A stretch of 60,240 nt of DNA, filler included, from Dugesia japonica (Eukaryota), in NCBI GenBank assembly GCA_001938525.1. It is 5 parts of 5 records of this genome, joined end to end, with 100 filler letters (N's around TTAATTAATTAA, not from the genome) between each part and the next. Parts side by side here need not be neighbours in the genome. Positions count along the whole stretch, not along the records: positions 33,338 to 44,208 come from MQRL01571321.1; positions 44,309 to 60,240 come from MQRL01644549.1; 3 more parts are not named here. The stretch is one strand, 5' to 3'. Numbering within the stretch: position 1 is the stretch's first letter; each line of letters begins with the position of its first letter. The translations under genes were made by a program, and so were the position numbers. Shown one piece after another: positions 38,180 to 51,410 of this stretch. A model generated the notes under the pieces. That model was not told the DNA's origin and ran no database searches. It saw nothing but the letters and a program-made list of their open reading frames with translations.

Positions 38180-38830
38180 TGTTGACATGGAACGTTTGCA
38201 TAGATTGAAGGGAATAATTCTTTATAGAGCTCCCTAACGGTTCAAATGGAAGAATGCAGTAATGTATTGTGCTTTTCTTACAATAGGAGCCGGGGCGAAG
38301 AAAAGTTATTTGAAATATTGTATAGAATTTCAGTTTTCTATTTTTGGCATTATGATTAATGCTATTAAAAGACAGATGTCGGATATGCGTAGAGCGTGTG
38401 AAAAGTATAACTCTAGTGAATATGTGTGGCTATATATCGACGATGAAGGAACCTATTGGATAGATTTGCGGAGGTCCGAGTAATGATGACAAAACTTCAC
38501 AGACAATCCGAGATGCAGCAGCTTCAATTTAAACAGAATTGAGGATGTTGAAACTCCAGATTACTATAAAGGAAAGAGCGAGATAGTCGTTATTAGTTCA
38601 GCGAGATAAGGCAAACGAGGTATGTGGCGCAAATATTCATGATCTGACAACTTGACTTTATGTTCAAGTGAATTAATATCGGTGTTTGTTTAGTCACTGT
38701 TGCGAGTGACAACCAAGGCGGTTCGAACTGCCCCACTTTAACCTTGCTGTCAAATAGAAAGCTTGGTATAGTTGGACGCGGAATGTTATGGTGGACATGA
38801 TGGTGCATTGATATTTGTTATCCTATGTAC
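38180..38830 (-). mobile_element. Decayed coding-like segment, possibly Helitron Rep N-terminal region
   Basis: Higher GC than flanks; PSFLFDSKVKVGQFEPP loosely resembles CCxxGKVxLxxxxPP. Confidence 0.25.
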
Positions 38831-39097
38831 TCGTAAGAAGTTATTAAATATTTAAAGCCTATACAGCCGCCATTTTTAAAAACACAGTTAGAACACCAAG
38901 AACATTACCTATATTTACCCAAATGATTTAAAGATCTACTTTCATAAATTGCTTGATTTTCTCAAAATTTTTTTAATAAAAAAAAATTTCTTCCTTTTAT
39001 TTTCAAAATTGGGATTTTCACTTTTAATCAATCATGATTACAATTTATAAAATTAATTATAACGCTTTCGTTTTAATTTGTTTTTTAAAATATTTTT

Positions 39098-39320
39098 CAA
39101 GGTCATATTTTAAAAAGTAGGTCAAAGCCAAATTTTTAAAAGTAGGTAAAGGTCGTATTTTCAAATGTAGGTCAAGTACACTTTTTAAAAGTAAGTCAAG
39201 GTCGTATTTTTAAATGTAGGTCAGTGTCATATTTTTAAAAGTAGAAAACGCCATATTTTTGAAATTGTCAAGTACATTTTTTAAAAGTAGGTCAAGGTCA
39301 TATTTTTGAAATTTAGGTAA
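39098..39320. repeat. Minisatellite, about 25-bp unit, about 9 copies
   Basis: Consensus caaggtcatatttttaaaagtaggt repeated head-to-tail with no unique spacers. Confidence 0.9.
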
Positions 39321-40849
39321 ATATTTATTTTTCTCACGCTTTAAGTCTAGACCTCTTTCTTCACCATATGATATTATCAGCATATGAAGTTAATTTTTCT
39401 GTTTGGTTTAACAATTATAATTATCAATTATTATTATATTATCAACTAATAAAAATTAATAATATAATCAAACCAGACAACATCAATAAAATCAATGTAA
39501 ATCTAATCACTGATCGACTTCATGCTGAGATTAATCTGTAAGCAGATCATTATGAATCCTCTTTTTTATTATTATTGCTCCATCGCTATATCGATTCTAT
39601 GAGTCATTTAGTAGTTTATCAAGAGATTCGATATTGATCCATTTAAGCAGAAATATTTCAGCATTTTATAGAAATCAATCAGTGAAATTANNNNNNNNNN
39701 NNNNNNNNNNNNNNNNNNNNNNNNNNNNNNNNNNNNNNNNAAAATTAAATCATTATTTTTTTCTTCCGATCAGATATACTGTTAGAGTCTATCTGTACTT
39801 GAAAAGGAAAATTCCTCTCAAGCCATTCTTTCGTTTGCTGATTATTTACTATCAATAAAACATAATAATATCCAACTACATTATAGAAACAATACCTTCT
39901 TCATTTGATCTTTCTTTCACAAAATATCGTTTTGTACTTGTTTTGTCGAATCGATGGTCCATAGCTAAGGAGCTGTTGGTATAAATGATAAATTAAAGAC
40001 ATATTAGTAAAATGAAAATTTTTAAAGGTAATTAATAAAGCTCAAGTTTTTACCATCTGATTTACTATAAATTACAGTCATAAAAGAACTTTATTAATTA
40101 TAAATAACATATTCTCAAATTTACCGGATGTTATATTTTATTCACTTCAAATACTACAAAATTATTTTAATTATTTTAAACACAATTTATTTAAACATTA
40201 TAAAAATTGAATATTTTCAGAAATTATTTTATCTCGAATATTAAAAACAGGAAATTAATTGAGGCATTAGACAAAGATTAAAATACAAAGTAATTTGATT
40301 CATAATAAGGTGATATAGGTTTCATATCATTTTAAACTAAACCAATAATTACTTGAGATACATTCCAATTTAAAATAATTAAATTCCAAAACGACGTCAA
40401 TTATTAACAGCCATATAATTTTATTCCAATCAATATGCTACACGTTAAATAAAGATTGATAGAGTAAGTAATATCGATGAGATACTGATGACTGATCCGC
40501 TGATTTGGAGAGTAATGTAATTAATTTGGAAATGGTTGAAATACAAGAAAATTGTTTTATAATAATGCAATCAGATTACATAACGACCATATAACTACAA
40601 GGTGACTTAGATTTCATAAATCCTTTAACTAAATCCATAATTACTTGAGATAACCTCACTAGATATCTTTATTCAACGTCCCCAGAATAAATCCTAGTAA
40701 TAAAAGTCAAATTTAAATAAATGTATAAGCCTGACAAATTTAGAAATACTACCTCTATTATATTTACATAGTCTTTGATAATTAGAGTTGTAATTATGTA
40801 AAGAAATAACAAATTATAAATATTCAGTTTGGAACAAGCAAATCAAATC

Positions 40850-41345
40850 AGTTTACCTCAGTCAGATGCAACACCGATCGACAAGAAAGTTGCGATTGTT
40901 GTAAAGTTAATCCAAACACTCAAGTCATCAGATGAAATAGAAACGTGATTCAATTTATTAAAAGTGCAATTTGTTAATGGTCAAACCGATGCAAAGTAGC
41001 TGCGGCATTGTCGCCAATACATCAGTAAACATCTTAGGGAAAACATAAATAAACATTTTAATATTGAATGTGAAGAGTAAACATTGGCCAAGTAGTAATA
41101 ATAGAAATAGCACGTTACAAAGAGATTTCCTATATACAAAATGCGAATTTATGGAAAATATAATAAATTTGAAAGAACACACAAAGAACTGCTCTAAAGG
41201 CCCAATTATGTGCGATAAGTGTAATGCACTGATATTTAAACTCGATGAAGAAGAGCATTTTAGAGGATCATTCCCCATGACAGAAATAGTATATGTAGAT
41301 TGTAACCGAAAGAATAACCAAATATTTCAATATTTTAAAGATCAC
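40850..41345 (+). pseudogene. TRAF-type zinc-finger gene remnant
   Basis: KHFNIECE...KCEFMENIINLKEHTKNCSKGPIMCDKCNA...EEH...P...V...C...KDH (HxxxC...CxxC repeats); internal stops. Confidence 0.6.
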
Positions 41346-41349
41346 CTCA

Positions 41350-41712
41350 GGTTCTTCACCACCACATCAATAGCTTACAACATTCTGTAAATCTGTTATT
41401 ACAAGTCTCGCTTTCAAAAGCTAATTTCGATCTCTGTCGATATCTGTCAGCTTTCTTCAATGTTTTCACATATTATTCCATTAAATCTTCATGAAGCATA
41501 CATGTTACCAAGCGCTCCTGATCTTTCTTGTTAACGATATTCTTTGCCTCAAAGTATATTTCACACCGTTTAATAAACTTCTATAGATCATCGCCTCTGC
41601 AAAATATTTTTGGCAACAATCTTTCTGTGATCACATTGGTGTTTGCCGCTGCCTGCATGTTATATGAGTTTGAAGTACCCATCGCATCATCAATATCAAA
41701 ACTCAATTCCAT
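41350..41712 (-). mobile_element. Gypsy gag N-terminal remnant
   Basis: LLPKIFCRGDDL*KFIKRCEIYFEAKNI...LHEDL, typical retrotransposon gag N-terminal pattern. Confidence 0.55.
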
Positions 41713-42429
41713 AGAAAATTTATTCACAAAATCAAAATATAAATATTAATTTGCTTTTTTCAAGAAAAACTTAAAAATTCATATTCAAAGCAAAAAATAT
41801 CAAATATCAGCATTATGTAAAATATATTCTAATTTAAATTTTTATTAATGTCAAATTTTAAAATACAAAAAAAACACATTTCACTTACAATATTTTATTC
41901 TCTGTTTTATTTAAAATTTTATTTATTTTCTTTTATCTTATTTAAAATTTATTTAATGTCAAATTTAAAAATATAGTAAAAAACATTTCATTGACAATAT
42001 TTTATATTTTATTCAATTTTAAATTTTATATCCTTTATGTTATCTGAAATTTTAATAATTAAACATACATTAAAAAATATATTTTATTGACAAACCAAAA
42101 TTTGAAAATTTTAAGAATATTAACAAAATTACAAAAAGTTATTTAGTTATTTATATAAATATTGAAAATGATAATTTATCTATTTATAAATTATTTTATA
42201 ATACAAATTGAAATATTTTTTAAAAAACTGATTCCAATTAATTTCGGTCAAAACATAAAAAATTCAAATATGCTTCGAAAAACTATAGTACATAATTTAC
42301 TTTCGTTTTGGGTAAATTACTTGGATTTATCACAAATCCTTTTAATATTCAACAAATTCATTTATTAAATAATCAATCCATATAATTTTTAGCCATATTA
42401 CCCATGACCCAAACACACACATACGCATA

Positions 42430-43400
42430 TATCGAGTTTTGGCGATATACAGGGATATATCCATTTCATTTAGTGGGATAAAATGTAGATTTTTTTTTCA
42501 TAAAATGTTTCTCTGTAAAATTTTATAGTTCACTTAATTTAATCGATGCAACTAGAATTTCAAAAGTTATCTTCGGGTTTTATTAATGAAGTTTTAACGA
42601 GGTATTTAAATGAAATTTTGGCGTACCGATAAGAAAATTAGTTTTGAAAGAGTTTTTAGAGTTGAAAAGAAATTCGGACGCATTAAATATTAAAATATTA
42701 AGATAAAATTTTTAAATTAAAAAGTTTCTGATCTTGTGAATAAAATTAAGTTTTTGGGGATTCGAAACCTGTAGATAAAATTTTAAAGTATAATCCAATG
42801 AGTAAATTTACTAACACAACAAACTCACATTAATGAATAATGAAAACAATATTAAATATAATTTGATAAATAATGATGTGTATATAGATAGAAGTTTTTA
42901 AAGATTTTATAAAAGAGAGAATATGTATCCAAAAGTTTAGAAATCGAGTACAAGGAGATAAAGAAACCGTAGGTGAATATTTTTATGATTTAAAGAAATT
43001 AGCAAAAATGGCCTTCGGAAAAGGTGATCATGTAGAACATGTTGTAGAAGATTAATTCTTGAGTGGTATACATAATTATACAAAATCGGCTTTAATTACT
43101 GTTGAGTACCAAAATAATGATGAATTAATGATAAAAGCTCGAAGAATAGAAGCAAATAATAATCATAAGACACATGAAAAACAAATATATGCAATAGAAA
43201 ACATGAATAAAAGAGAATCATCTCAATGGAAACGATAATTATTATTCTAATGAAATATATGATGAAGATGATTACGGAAGAAATTAAAATCATATAAGCT
43301 ATTATTAATGTAATGATACTTTAGGAAGAAATTATAATAATTGATATTCAAGTCCGGAAAGGAGCTGGAATAGTGGTAATTATAATAATCAATGTGTTGA
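42430..43400 (+). mobile_element. Gypsy 5' leader and gag remnant
   Basis: PBS-like tggcgatatacaggga near 42440; FRNRVQGDKETVGEYFYDLKKLAKMAF...FLSGI. Confidence 0.7.
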
Positions 43401-43414
43401 ATACGCACCTCATT

Positions 43415-44135
43415 AATAATACTTTCTTCTTTTGTATTTATTACAAAAAAATAACTGAAAACAATTAAAGATCTTAAGAATAAAATATATTATAAATATA
43501 ATTATTGTTTACAAATAAATTACAACTTAATTAAATTACAAATCAAATACAATCAAATAGTAAAACTTTATAAAAATGTACAAAATTTACTTTCTTATCA
43601 AATATTCTCCAAATCAAAATTTCGCCATAACTTTTCAAAAACTAAAATATTCAAACAATCTAAAGAATTCTCCTTTTAAAAACTTTTTAAAAGTTCCTCT
43701 TATATTCCTCTCATTTAAGAATTTTTTAATTTTTTCTATATTTCTCTCGATCTTCTTGCCGTTCCCCGCTTCTAGAACATATCTTCTCTCATGAACTTTT
43801 CCAATGACTTGATATGGTCCTACAAATCTGTCCTGATTCTTATCTCTGACTTCTGCTTTGATTAAAATTCGATCATCTATTTTGAACTTTCTTTTTATTT
43901 GAATTTGTCTCCTCTCTTTAGCATCACCGGTACGTTGATCCGTATACCATCTTTCTCTACTAATATGTTTTCCAAATACTAATTGAGCAGGACTCATTTG
44001 TGTAGTCTTTTGTTTCGTTGAGTTTATTGCAAATTCTATTTCTGGTAGAATATCTGCCCAGTCTGTTGTCCATCTTTCGTTCATTGTAGCCGTCAACCAT
44101 TCTCGTATAGTACGAAACTTTCTCTCGATCTGGAC
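43415..44135 (-). mobile_element. Gypsy integrase C-terminus plus probable 3' LTR
   Basis: IERKFRTIREWL...DWADILPEIEFAINST...SPAQLVFG...FVGPYQV; purine tract near 43705-43715. Confidence 0.9.
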
Positions 44136-44208
44136 AGTAGGTAGATAGTAGCGCACTAGATCACCCCCCCCCCGCTGACGAAGAAAAAATAGAGCTGTGA
44201 TGATGAGT

Positions 44209-44308
44209 NNNNNNNNNNNNNNNNNNNNNNNNNNNNNNNNNNNNNNNNNNNNTTAATTAATTAANNNNNNNNNNNNNNNNNNNNNNNNNNNNNNNNNNNN
44301 NNNNNNNN
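44209..44308. other. Artificial scaffold linker
   Basis: 44 N + TTAATTAATTAA + 44 N. Confidence 0.97.

Positions 44309-44373
<65 letters not shown>
44309..44373. repeat. (AAT)n microsatellite
   Basis: Pure AAT run at scaffold start. Confidence 0.95.
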
Positions 44374-44376
<3 letters not shown>

Positions 44377-45079
44377 TTACGATCTTGATGGATTATTTTT
44401 TTCATATATTTATTAAATGTTTTTTTTAATATATAATTATTTAATTCAATTATTTTTATTTATACTGAAGTATACATAATTCTTTTTTAAAATTCGTTTC
44501 TTAAAACTTTTTCGAAATTAATTTTTAAATAACCCGATATTTATAATTCTAAAATACGTATAACATGTTAAATTTTTGTTTGAATTAATAAATAAACATT
44601 AAATCTTTACCAGTTTCAATCGATTTCTTATTAGCTAAAATTAATCTGACTAATAATTTGACTTTATTAAACAGATGAGGAAATTATTTTTCTTTAATTT
44701 ACTTGATATTTCGTTANNNNNNNNNNNNNNNNNNNNNNNNNNNNNNNNNNNNNNNNNNNNNNNNNNNNNNNNNNNNNNNNNNNNNNNNNNNNNNNNNNNN
44801 NNNNNNNNNNNNNNNNNNNNNNNNNNTGAACATGACTATAATGAGAAAGTAAAATGATTAACAATTTATTGAATTCATTTGAATTTGAGGAAACTATTTT
44901 GTTTGTGAAATTAATTTATTTATCATTAAAATCAAGATTTCAAACTGTTATTTTTTTATTTCGACTTTGATATCGGTTCAATTGGGAATTTAGGAATTTT
45001 GGTCCTTGTTATTCTGGTATAAAATAAGATTCTTTTTCAGATCGGTTTCAAACGATTTATATTTCAATATAAATTTTAA

Positions 45080-45860
45080 CAAAAATACAGAATACAAAAA
45101 TACCTTTGTATTTTCGATTAAACAAACCAAGACAAAACATTTGGGGTCCCAAATGCATTTGGGATAGAAGAAATATATGCAATAAGAAAAATGTCACTTA
45201 TAAATAACATGCACCATTTGTCAAGAAACATGCAGAACTATCCGAACAAGAATTAAGGAACATCTCAAAGAGAAAGTAAGTGAAGTCTTCAAACACTTTC
45301 AACACAAACATAAAATTTCACCAGAACAACATCACATAACATGGAAAACACTAGGAACAGGCTACATTTCCATTCTTCATAGGAAAAAGCATGAATTACT
45401 AATTAAAGAAGATAAATATAAAATCAATGTAATTTATTATAATTAAAATTAAAATAATTAATACTAATAAAAATTAAAATGAATTAAAATTTAGTAAAAT
45501 AAATTAATTCAAAGAAAATTACTATTGTAAAAATAAATATTGAATAAATAAAAAACGTCAATTCCTAACGAAGACAAAGCGAAAAATAATAATTGTTATC
45601 AAAAACAAAAAAACTTTGATTGAAGCTTTTATTTTAATGAATTCCAAAAATACAGAGAACCTAAAAACGCAAAAAACTATTATCGAACAAGAATTAAGAA
45701 ACACCTCAAGCAAAAAGAAAGTGAATCACTTAACAAAAACCAGAAAAAATCATATAACATGGCAAATACTAGGAACAGTCTACACTACACAGAAAGAAAC
45801 ATGAAGAATCACTAATTAAATAAGATACATATAAAATCAGTGTAATATATAATTATTAAA
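45080..45860 (+). mobile_element. Penelope-like GIY-YIG remnant with partial tandem duplication and decayed hammerhead
   Basis: ICNKKNV...YKITCTICQE...RTIRTRIKEHL...SEVFKHF...ITWKTLG; C-terminal part repeated at about 45680-45850; ctaacgaagacaaagcgaaa at 45565-45584. Confidence 0.78.
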
Positions 45861-47619
45861 TAAATTAACCAATTACAATTCAACGAAAACAATAAATTCC
45901 AATTATTTTCTATTACTATAATTAACTTTAAATAAATTAAAAAGTTAAATAAAGAAAACAAAACAACAAATAACAAATTATAAAAAATATAAGAAAAACA
46001 ACATTTTGATCACTGCTTTTAATTTAATGAAAAGTCAAATACGATCAATGATTAAGTCCAAGAATTATTTTTTTGGAATAATTTTATCAGTAATTGTAAA
46101 AGTATTATTTATTGACATTTATTTACTTATAATACAATAAGTATTTGAAAGAATAAATTATAAACAAATAAATAAAAATTTTAAAATAGAATATTTAATG
46201 TAATCGTAAATCAGGATATTAGTACCAATTCACATTATATCAACACAAAAACAAACCCAAATTGTTTTCTCTTAACACGGAGTAGGAACAACTAGAGTAA
46301 AAAATTTAATATAAAAAGTAATAAAGCGGAAAGTACAATTAACGCGTGTTTTTGAACATGTAACCAACCGAAATAAACCGATAAATTTTCAGTTCAGCTC
46401 TAGTCTTTGTTCAAACATAAATATTACAATATTTTTGATTTTCGGTTTATGCTTCAGTTCCAGTTTGAAGCCTTAATGAAAATTTTGATAAATACATTCA
46501 ATACATACATAAAAGTCAATTTCTGAGAAGACAGTCGAAAATTCGTAATATTATTAAGAACTAAAAAACAAATAAAATATTTAAAAAAAATATTTTGATC
46601 AAAGTTTTTAATTTAATGAAATAAATTCAGTAAAATACTCATGTTTGATGATAACAAATTTTTATAAGTTACTTTTTTGAATTCTTACTGAAATTATTTC
46701 TATTTTTCTTTAAACATGATGCGATTTAAACAAAAACTTATATATTTAGATATACTAGAAAAGGCTATCTGTATGTTGATTTTTTATTACGCATGTATAA
46801 CTACTTTAGGCATGAAAATTTTATTAGAAAATGCGCTCTTGGTTAAAAACGAAAATTCTAAATTCTAAATATTTCAAGATTTTAAAAACTTTTTTTTAAA
46901 AAAAATTAGAAAAAAGGTTATTTAAAATTGAATTATTACTATTGATTAATGCGAACCTTTTGATGCAAAATTAGATAGAAACTCTAACATTCATGAAAAT
47001 TAATCTCAATATTTTAGGCATGTTGCATTATTTATTATAAAGTTCCTTATCAAATATTTGTATTTTCTTGTTTTTTTTGTATTTACACTTTAATCAATAA
47101 TTTGTTTCTTGAAAATAATCGATTAAAATTTCATATTTGTTTCCTGTTCAATGATAAATTTATATTTTAAAGAAAGAATGTTTTGACAATTTAATAAATG
47201 AATTTGAAATAAAAATTACAACTTGTTTTATTGATTTTAAAATTAGAACTAAGAATTTATATTAGATTTATCTTATATTAAAATATTGTAGGGTTTAATT
47301 ATAATTATTATTTAACCAATCAGAACTGATTATGTGTTTCAAATTTTTCAACTTAGTTTTCATAGTTTTAATTAATGAAGATTAATCTCAGATTATTAAT
47401 TAAAGTTATAATATATGTCTATGAATTCATGAAATTTTAATATTAAAAAAATTGATAATATCATTATCCATTCCCAACCCGATCATATTGAGTTGTCGAA
47501 GACCTAAATAAGTGAAAATCTGTGAGTGTAATGTCTGGAGAATAAGTGAAACAGAGCAGTACTTCCCAACCCAACTCCAAACACTTTTTATCTAGTAAAA
47601 AAGGGATACAAAGGTAATG

Positions 47620-48337
47620 TTTCAATGTAACCTTCCGATTGCCTAGTGCTGGAACTTTTCTTTTAATTTGTTTGTTTAATTAATCTTATTACAAACAATA
47701 CTTTTAGTTGGTAGAAGTTAATAAAACAAAATTCTTTATTAGTCCCACAAAAACCAGAGTTTAACGTTTTTCGAATGAAGACCAGCTTTCGTGGTAGTTA
47801 ATGAAGACCCTTTTCGCTTTTTCCAAATTTTATTTCTGCTAAACATTATTATAAATGATTTATTTCTTATCCTCTGTCATTATTTGCTAAAAAAATGATT
47901 CCGCCTCGTTACGTTTATAAAGTATGTCGTTGATGTTGATGCAATCCATCAAGTTCTTTTCACTTGAATCCACACACACACACATATATATATTTAGAAA
48001 TACATAAACGGTTTATATATCCAAGCTTCGATAAATGCTCATAGATATATTTTTGGTATATTTTACATTTCTGCTAATTCACGTAATGTATTGTGGGGAT
48101 TATTCTCGACAAGTATTTTGATCTCATCTTCATCAGTGGTACTGGCTTGACCCAGATTTTTTTAATAGTCAAGTTTCAAATCACCAGCCTTAAACTTAGC
48201 AAACCACATCCAAACAGTTCTCTCAGATAAAACATTTTTTCCATAAATAAAGTATATATTTCTGCTTGTATGACATTTTTACCTTTCCATTAAAAGAAAT
48301 GCATCAAATACCTATAATAAATTTTATTTTCTTCCAT
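47620..48337 (-). mobile_element. Mariner transposase fragment (mellifera-like)
   Basis: MEENKIYYRYLMHFF...LSERTVWMWFAKFKAGD...LVENNPHNTLRELAE...KRNE. Confidence 0.8.
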
Positions 48338-48859
48338 ATTCACATGTGTCATTTACTTTTTAGAATATGTATAAAAAATAAATAAATGAAAATAACAATA
48401 TTCCTCAAAGTTTAAAATTAGGCGTTTGGCAAACCTAAGTAAACTAATACAATTAATAAAATTAATTTATAATTTTTTAGTAATATTGTAATTGAATATA
48501 ATTTAATAAATATATTAACCATAGGTCTATGTCAGTCCTAAACTTAAACTGTAACCATAAAAAGTTAGAATATAGTTTCTTTGTTAGTTTACAGCCGAAA
48601 TATGTCGACCATTTCCATGTATAGAGTTAAAAGTGCATATCTCGAGTAGAATTATAGTTCAACTTATAAACATTATTTTATTGAATAACATATAATGATT
48701 AATTACACTAAGTTAGCATATATATATATATAAAACCTGAATAAGTATATATGTATAAGATAATTCAAATGCAATTAAAGCCAGAAGGTTCTGCTTCATC
48801 GTTCAGGATATTTCCTTATTTATATTTATTTTAATGAAAGATTTAACTTCAAATACGTA

Positions 48860-50161
48860 TCAGGTCTAGTAATAATTAATGTCTTTTTTAATGATAAAGA
48901 TTGCTAATATTTATTAATTAAATAAACTACAAAACACAAAATATTTTCATATTAATAGAAAATGTTAATGTTCAAAAATATATTTTTGTTTTAATTTATC
49001 ATAATATGACTTCTAGAGAATGGTGTATGAAATGCATGATAAAAATTGTATGCTCTATGAACTTCAGTTAGGAGGAAAACAATGGATGCAACTAAAAATA
49101 TTTGCAATGCACTTAGTAAAGGCGTTGTTAGCAATCGTGAATGTCAACGTTAGTTCAAAAGGTATGGGAATGAATACTTATCATTAAATGATGAAGATAG
49201 TCAAGGCCGTGTGTCAAACCTTTATGAGAAAGCACTGGAAACAATTCGGTTTCAAAATTCACAAAAGCAACACAACAGAAGCTTGCTACAACATTGAATT
49301 GCTCTAGAAAACTATTTGTAATCATATCATTACTTGGTAAAGTGCAAAAACTTGGATAGTGGATTCTACATGAACTCTCAAAAAACAACAAAAATCAAAG
49401 GGTTGTTATTTGCACTTCTCTCTTGTCCAGACAAAAGTGTTTGCTCTTTTTGGAACAAATTGTGACCGGAAATGAAAATGGTTATTATACATAAAGTTAA
49501 AGAGAAGACACNNNNNNNNNNNNNNNNNNNNNNNNNNNNNNNNNNNNNNNNNNNAATGTCGAGTGTATGCTAGAATTTCAAAGGGATAATTTATTTTGAG
49601 CTGTTGTTAAACAATAAAACTCTCACTACTGATTTTTATTGCCAATAATTGGAGAGGTTATATCAAGTTTTAAAACAAAAAACCAGCACTCGTCAATCGA
49701 AAAAACTTAATATTGCAACACGACAAAGCTCGGCCACATACAGTATTTGTGACTTCATATAAATTATGACAGTTGGGATTGGAGTTTCTTCTTCATCCTG
49801 CATTCTTTCTCTACTTCCTTTTCTTCGTTCTTTTTAAAAATCTTTAACCGGAAAAGGATTTGACAAAAAGTATATAAATTATGTTCTGGCCAACTTTTTT
49901 CAGTCAACACAGTCGGAATTTTACAATTTCGGATTTAAAAACCTTTAAAAAAACACGATGGGCAGAAGTCATATAAAATAATAACATTTATATTTTATAT
50001 ATAATTTTTATATATATAATTTTTTTTTATATATATATTTTATATAACATTTATAACATTTATATATTAATTTTTTTTATTAATTAAATGTTTATAAAAA
50101 TCGAATTTAGTTATTGATAGATGTATGTTATAAAAACGACATTAATCATTACTTGACCCAA
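48860..50161 (+). mobile_element. Full-length decayed mariner transposon, about 1.30 kb
   Basis: TIRs tcaggtctagtaataattaatgtc and gacattaatcattacttgacccaa with TA on both sides; MLYELQLG, WILHEL, IVTGNE, FELL, LQHDKARPH. Confidence 0.92.
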
Positions 50162-51126
50162 TAATAATATTTAAAAGAATTTCTACCGAAATTAACAAAA
50201 TCAATTAATAATAATTATTAAAAGCATGACAAACAAAAGTTTATGATAAATACTTGAAGTCGTTAGTTACGACAAGTTGTTTTATAAGTTAATTTTTCAA
50301 CAATCGAAGATATTTTATAATTAATTTAAATTTATTTCGTATTATATGTATATACTGTCTGATTAATTTCATTTTAAAGATATAATTTAATTTTCTTTAC
50401 CTCTATCCAGCCAGAATTTCATGCCGACAGAAAACATTTACAAGATGTCGATTAAGATTTTCAAGTGGGTTATTATAATGAAAACAAATTATTCTTAAAT
50501 TTCTTACAAAACTTGGTTTCATTTTCATCAATTTTAAACTTTAAAAAAACATTTAGTTTTATTCATACTTTATTAATATTTATCATTTACCCACTTTTGA
50601 CCAATATTTTGGTCGATTCTTTTTATTCAAGATAACATTTTCTTAACTAATCCTAAGATCTTTTTGTTGAACTTTAATTCGTATTAAGTTTTCAAAAAAT
50701 TTGATGGTTGGCAACCTTTCTTTGGCGGCGTACCAATTTTTGAAATTAAATGGAATTGTATGTTAAAAAGTGTTTCTACAGCGTTGCATATTAGTACAAA
50801 GATAACTGAAGAATTTTAAAAAGTGTAAATTTATTTGTAAAAATGTATTTAAAAAAAAGTTTCTTTTTAATAAATACCACAAAAATAATAAAAATACATC
50901 AAATAAAATACAAATAAAATTTTTCTTTAATTAATTGAATTTAAATTATTAAATTATTTTAATTAATTAATTGTCGGAATAAGTAAATTGTATAACACGA
51001 ATAAAATTAATTTAAAAATTTAAACGAACAATGAATATTTGTCATCAAAATTGAAAGTAATAATAATATTAATTAAAACTAAAACTAAATTTCATGTACT
51101 AAAAGTGGCTGACCGTTGCTTTAGAC

Positions 51127-51200
51127 CAGTGGTTCCCAAACTTATTTGGTCTACCGCTCCCCTTTTAGTAAAAATATTACTCTTCGCTCCTCTTCGATGT
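51127..51200. mobile_element. hAT-Charlie-like TIR end
   Basis: cagtggttcccaaactt; a similar end (ggttggcaacctt) lies near 50705. Confidence 0.5.
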
Positions 51201-51410
51201 TGCCACTCATCTACAATTTCGTTATTTTCAAGTCTAGATTCTTTTAATTCATTAAAGACTTTCTCTGAATACTTGCTGCTTGAATAATCTTGGTTTATGC
51301 TAATAATTCTTTGTATTTCTTTTCTTCTGAAGGTCCATGTGCTGTAATATGGCTTTTTGCACTTTAGTGGTCTTGACAATACTCTTTCTTCAAAATTTTT
51401 CAATTGTGAT

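Noticed and set aside
39098-39320. CRISPR-like array
   Set aside because: Head-to-tail units without unique spacers, eukaryotic context, no cas genes.
44136-44208. GC-rich tail containing ctgacga as a hammerhead or snoRNA
   Set aside because: No stem II/GAAA arrangement; it lies at a scaffold end and may be low-quality or chimeric sequence.
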